This document shows, piece by piece, positions 60,773 through 64,000 of a DNA stretch of 64,000 nt (its first letter is position 1; each line of letters opens with the position of its first letter). The notes under the pieces were generated by a model that saw nothing but the letters and a program-made list of their open reading frames with translations, searched no databases and was not told the origin of the DNA. The translations under genes were made by a program, and so were the position numbers. Location of the stretch: positions 186,001 to 250,000 of the forward strand of contig AP026132.1 of the NCBI GenBank assembly GCA_030295235.1. Direction: 5' to 3'. This DNA comes from Fistulifera solaris. Lineage: Eukaryota.

Positions 60773-61173
60773 TGAGTAGATTGTTTAGTATTGATTGTAA
60801 TTACTTTCCTTGTATTGAACATTAATGAATGATGAGTGATGAACGATGAGTGTTTCATCGCACGTTATTGAAGGAAATAATATAGCAAGGGGAATGAGCA
60901 ATGAGCATGTGTACTTTCCAAAGGAGTCTAACTTGTCACACCCCAAATAATCGTACCGGTTATTAATTTTGATGCATCAGTTTGTCATACATAGCGAGAT
61001 TCAGAACCGTTTACGTATTTTGAAACTTTCAGCCATCTCGCATCCATGGCATTTGTGTCATTATTATTTGTCATTTCCCTTTTGCAACACATCAAGAATC
61101 AATCGCATTGTAAATCATGAAGTACAGTTTTTTGAAAACGAGTCGGATACGAGTCTAAAAAGATATCACGCCC

Positions 61174-62288
61174 ATGGTTCGTCGTGCCTGGTTTCGCTGG
61201 GTCACCTTTTTGTGGCTTATTGGGACCGCCGTCGTTCACCAACTCTACTATGCCCTTTACATTGAACTCGTTCCTTTGCCACCAGCACAGGAACCTTCAG
61301 ATGATGAACCATCCTTTGCGGCGTGTTTACTCATCAAAGATGACAATGATCTGTTACCCGAATGGTTGGCTTATCATTATACCGTCCTTCCGTTACGGCG
61401 CGTGGTAATCGCGGTCGATCCGCATTCCGTGCAAGATCCTGAACCGATCCTGCAGCGCTGGCGCCAAACGCCATTACAATATACCCTTTGGCAAAACTGG
61501 GACGATTCTTCACGGCAGAATGAAGACAAACAGGAACAACATCACCACGCATTGGTGCATCGACAAAACGAATTCATTCAAAAGTGTTCCGAACACTTGG
61601 AAACAAAAAGGAGCGCAATGGACAGCGTTGATTGATACGGACGAATACGTGATTCCGAATCGCTGGAGCCTGAGTGATGAACAGCTCATCATCGATGGTC
61701 ATGGTCCTCATGCGATCCAGAATGTATCGTGGCACATCCGCCAACACCTTCCCCCCGATCGGAGATGCGACGACCGTGGTGGATATTTTGACGAAACTGC
61801 AATCCGCCGGATTGGTTGGATCCTGCTATACGTTGCCACGATTGCTCGTGGGAGCCTTGGAGAATCGGACGTGTGATTCGGCATCCAGAACTACATTTCC
61901 CCAGTTGTCGACGTTGCGCTACTTCCAACACGCCGTGAAGGGCGATTTTCGACTCAACAAATTTGGGAAAGTGTTTATGGATCTGTCTCAACTATCTTGG
62001 TCGACCCTTCCATCACCCCGCAACATTCATCGGCCATACAAAGAGTACTGTGGTCCAGGAGTGGTGCATTTTCCGGATGCCTTCTTCTATTTGAACCATT
62101 ATTTGGGGAGCTGGGAGCGGTACAGCGCGCGATCGGATCCACGTCGGAACCGCGAGGAATGGGAGAAACGCGCCTTTGTCGATGACGGGTCACCGGCGTG
62201 TGAAAGTGGCGTTTCCGAATGGCTGCCACGCTTTGTCGAAATGGTTGGTAGTGCCGCCCGGGCCCGGTATCTATTGGAGGGAACGTGA
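61174..62288 (+). CDS. GT-A fold glycosyltransferase (GT92/GT2-like), type II membrane; two frameshifts
   Basis: Motifs FAACLLIKDDNDLLPEWLAYHY, WTALIDTDEY (DxD), NIHRP and LNHYLGSWERY. Confidence 0.75.
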
Positions 62289-62482
62289 CCGCATGCAGCT
62301 ATCGGTAATAGACAGTCATCACGCAAAAAGACGATGACGAAAAATATGTATGAACATATGAATATGGATGCCGAGGCACAAGGGATGAAAGATGAAATAC
62401 AGTATAGAATGCTTTTATATAAATCATACATTATATTATTATATATTCTAATGTGGAACATGGAGAAAGGCCACTCGCATTG

Positions 62483-62980
62483 TTAGAGTGACTCATCCGC
62501 ACTGTGGTCAAAGCTAATACCATTCGGTGACGAACAACGCTCTTCCCAAAAGGAGGAAGGATCTTCCGAGAGGGACTCCAGGTCCTGACACAACGAAGTG
62601 GCTTCACGAGTTGATAATGAAAAATCGTCGTCGTCGTCGTGACAATCCATGAGATCTATATCGGAGGCGAACGTATTGGGTTCAAAGAGCAGCGAGAAAT
62701 CCACGATGCAGGGATGTTCTTCCGACCAATTCAAGGGTGTCCCCCGGTCTTCGTCCCAACTCGAATGCGTGAACGGTGAAATGACGCGTCGTTCCGTGTC
62801 ACTTTCGGAGCTATCGATGGGTTGAGCGCGACACACCGTGTAGGGCTCATCCGAAGTGTCTTCCATGGTCATGTCGCGAAAGATTTCGGCTGTGGCCTTT
62901 TCCGAGACCGAGTAGGAGGAGTTGTCGTCGTCGTTTTGAATCGGCTGGAAGCTGCTGTGTTGCATGGTTACAGCGTTCAT
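62483..62980 (-). CDS. Acidic Ser/Asp-rich hypothetical protein
   Basis: 165-aa ORF with ATG and coding-like composition; no recognised motif. Confidence 0.45.
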   Translation of the reverse strand: MNAVTMQHSSFQPIQNDDDNSSYSVSEKATAEIFRDMTMEDTSDEPYTVCRAQPIDSSESDTERRVISPFTHSSWDEDRGTPLNWSEEHPCIVDFSLLFEPNTFASDIDLMDCHDDDDDFSLSTREATSLCQDLESLSEDPSSFWEERCSSPNGISFDHSADESL

Positions 62981-64000
62981 GTTACCCTGCGTTTGTATTC
63001 TATCTTTGATCGTTTGACAGGATGATTGAATATTGTGTCAATGGATCGACTCCTCCTCGTTTAATAATGGATGTGTTTCAATTATGTGTGACGGGGTTGG
63101 AACATTCTTATTTTTGAAATAAATACTCCGTAGTTGCATTTAGAGATGAAAAAGTGGGGCAGTTCATGTTTGGCGGCATTGCGTGATGCCGCTTAGGAAG
63201 TTGAAGGCGTTTGAATTTGTTGGGACGTTAAGCAGCGGTTATCTTTGGCGGACGCGGCGCTCGTAGTTTCGTGGTGGTTGGTTCGGTTTGGAGAAGCATT
63301 GACTTTGTCTCAACGCTCTAAGTAAATCCTTTACAAGATTGGAGATCTTACGAAGTAGTTAAGCCCCGTTGACTATTGACCTAACTCGTAAGAGTCGCAG
63401 CGGGGAACTTTCCTTCCTATCTAACATGATAGTTCCGAGATGACACTCCCGTATGAAGTGGAAAGTTTTTTCAGCGACACAGCTCGCCTTTTTAGACTGG
63501 CGGGCGTGATTCAACGTCGATTATACTTAGAGGCTTCGAGTACCGGCTCTGCGCAACGGAAAATAGCGAACTCGATTTCCTCTTCATCGCTGGAGGATCG
63601 AGGCGCAACAGCAGCGACGGCGCATCAATCCGCAAGAAGAGGAAACAAATAGCAACAACTTTCACCATGGCGCACGAAGAACGTTTCATCCCCGAACGTC
63701 AAAAGCTGGATCAGCTGTCGATCGTCAAAGACTACGCAGCAGTCCCTCGCCTCGAATACCGGTACGTACGCATAGAATCCACGTCGACTCCTCTCCGACG
63801 TCTTTCGCTTCTTGTCCTTCCGTTCCACGGTAACGGCTCAGTTTGAAACGGTCTTGAAAATCGCCAAGAGTTTTTCTCCCGTTACTGGACGAAATGATTA
63901 GCATCGTTCAACCTACACGAAACGGGTGCTTTGTTTTTGAAGGAAAATTTGTCAACTATCGCCATTTATAGCAAAGCACGCGTTTCTCAATAATTCAATT

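Noticed and set aside
1492..62288. Widespread frameshifts read as programmed frameshifting or mass pseudogenisation
   Set aside because: They hit essential, otherwise conserved genes. Those examined are single-base indels, often in homopolymers (e.g. the T run near 56410 in RPL27), which is typical of uncorrected sequencing error. Read polishing would confirm.
63667..63898. Possible small spliced gene (MAHEERFIPERQKLD...)
   Set aside because: The plausible GTACGT intron leads almost at once to a stop unless an indel is assumed, and no family was recognised.
1..64000. tRNA/rRNA genes
   Set aside because: None recognised by eye; tRNAscan-SE/Infernal were not run.

Overview
Eukaryotic nuclear DNA, most likely from a diatom: it is gene-dense, has short GT-AG introns, bipartite signal + 'AF(AP)' plastid presequences, an NPA/NPM aquaporin and a GT48 beta-1,3-glucan synthase. 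The species cannot be confirmed from sequence alone. About 35 protein-coding genes are recognisable. Many conserved genes (RPL27, chorismate mutase, Sec15, glucan synthase, TM9SF) are split by single-base frameshifts, often at homopolymers, which I treat as sequencing or assembly errors. Highlights: (1) a complete 5.57-kb PIF/Harbinger-type DNA transposon (8757-14324) with CAG target-site duplication, ~250-bp terminal inverted repeats (TIRs), ~10-bp-phased GCGAC subterminal arrays, an intact DDE transposase and three uncharacterised accessory ORFs instead of the usual one; (2) two adjacent non-autonomous elements, a 280-bp TA-flanked MITE and an 872-bp CAG-flanked element whose TIRs keep short blocks at mirrored spacing; (3) a DNMT3/DRM-like cytosine methyltransferase gene running off the left edge and absent from the ORF track, plus an MBD-domain gene; (4) unusual domain architectures and a spliced microprotein gene. 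All family calls come from motif recognition by eye; no database searches were run.
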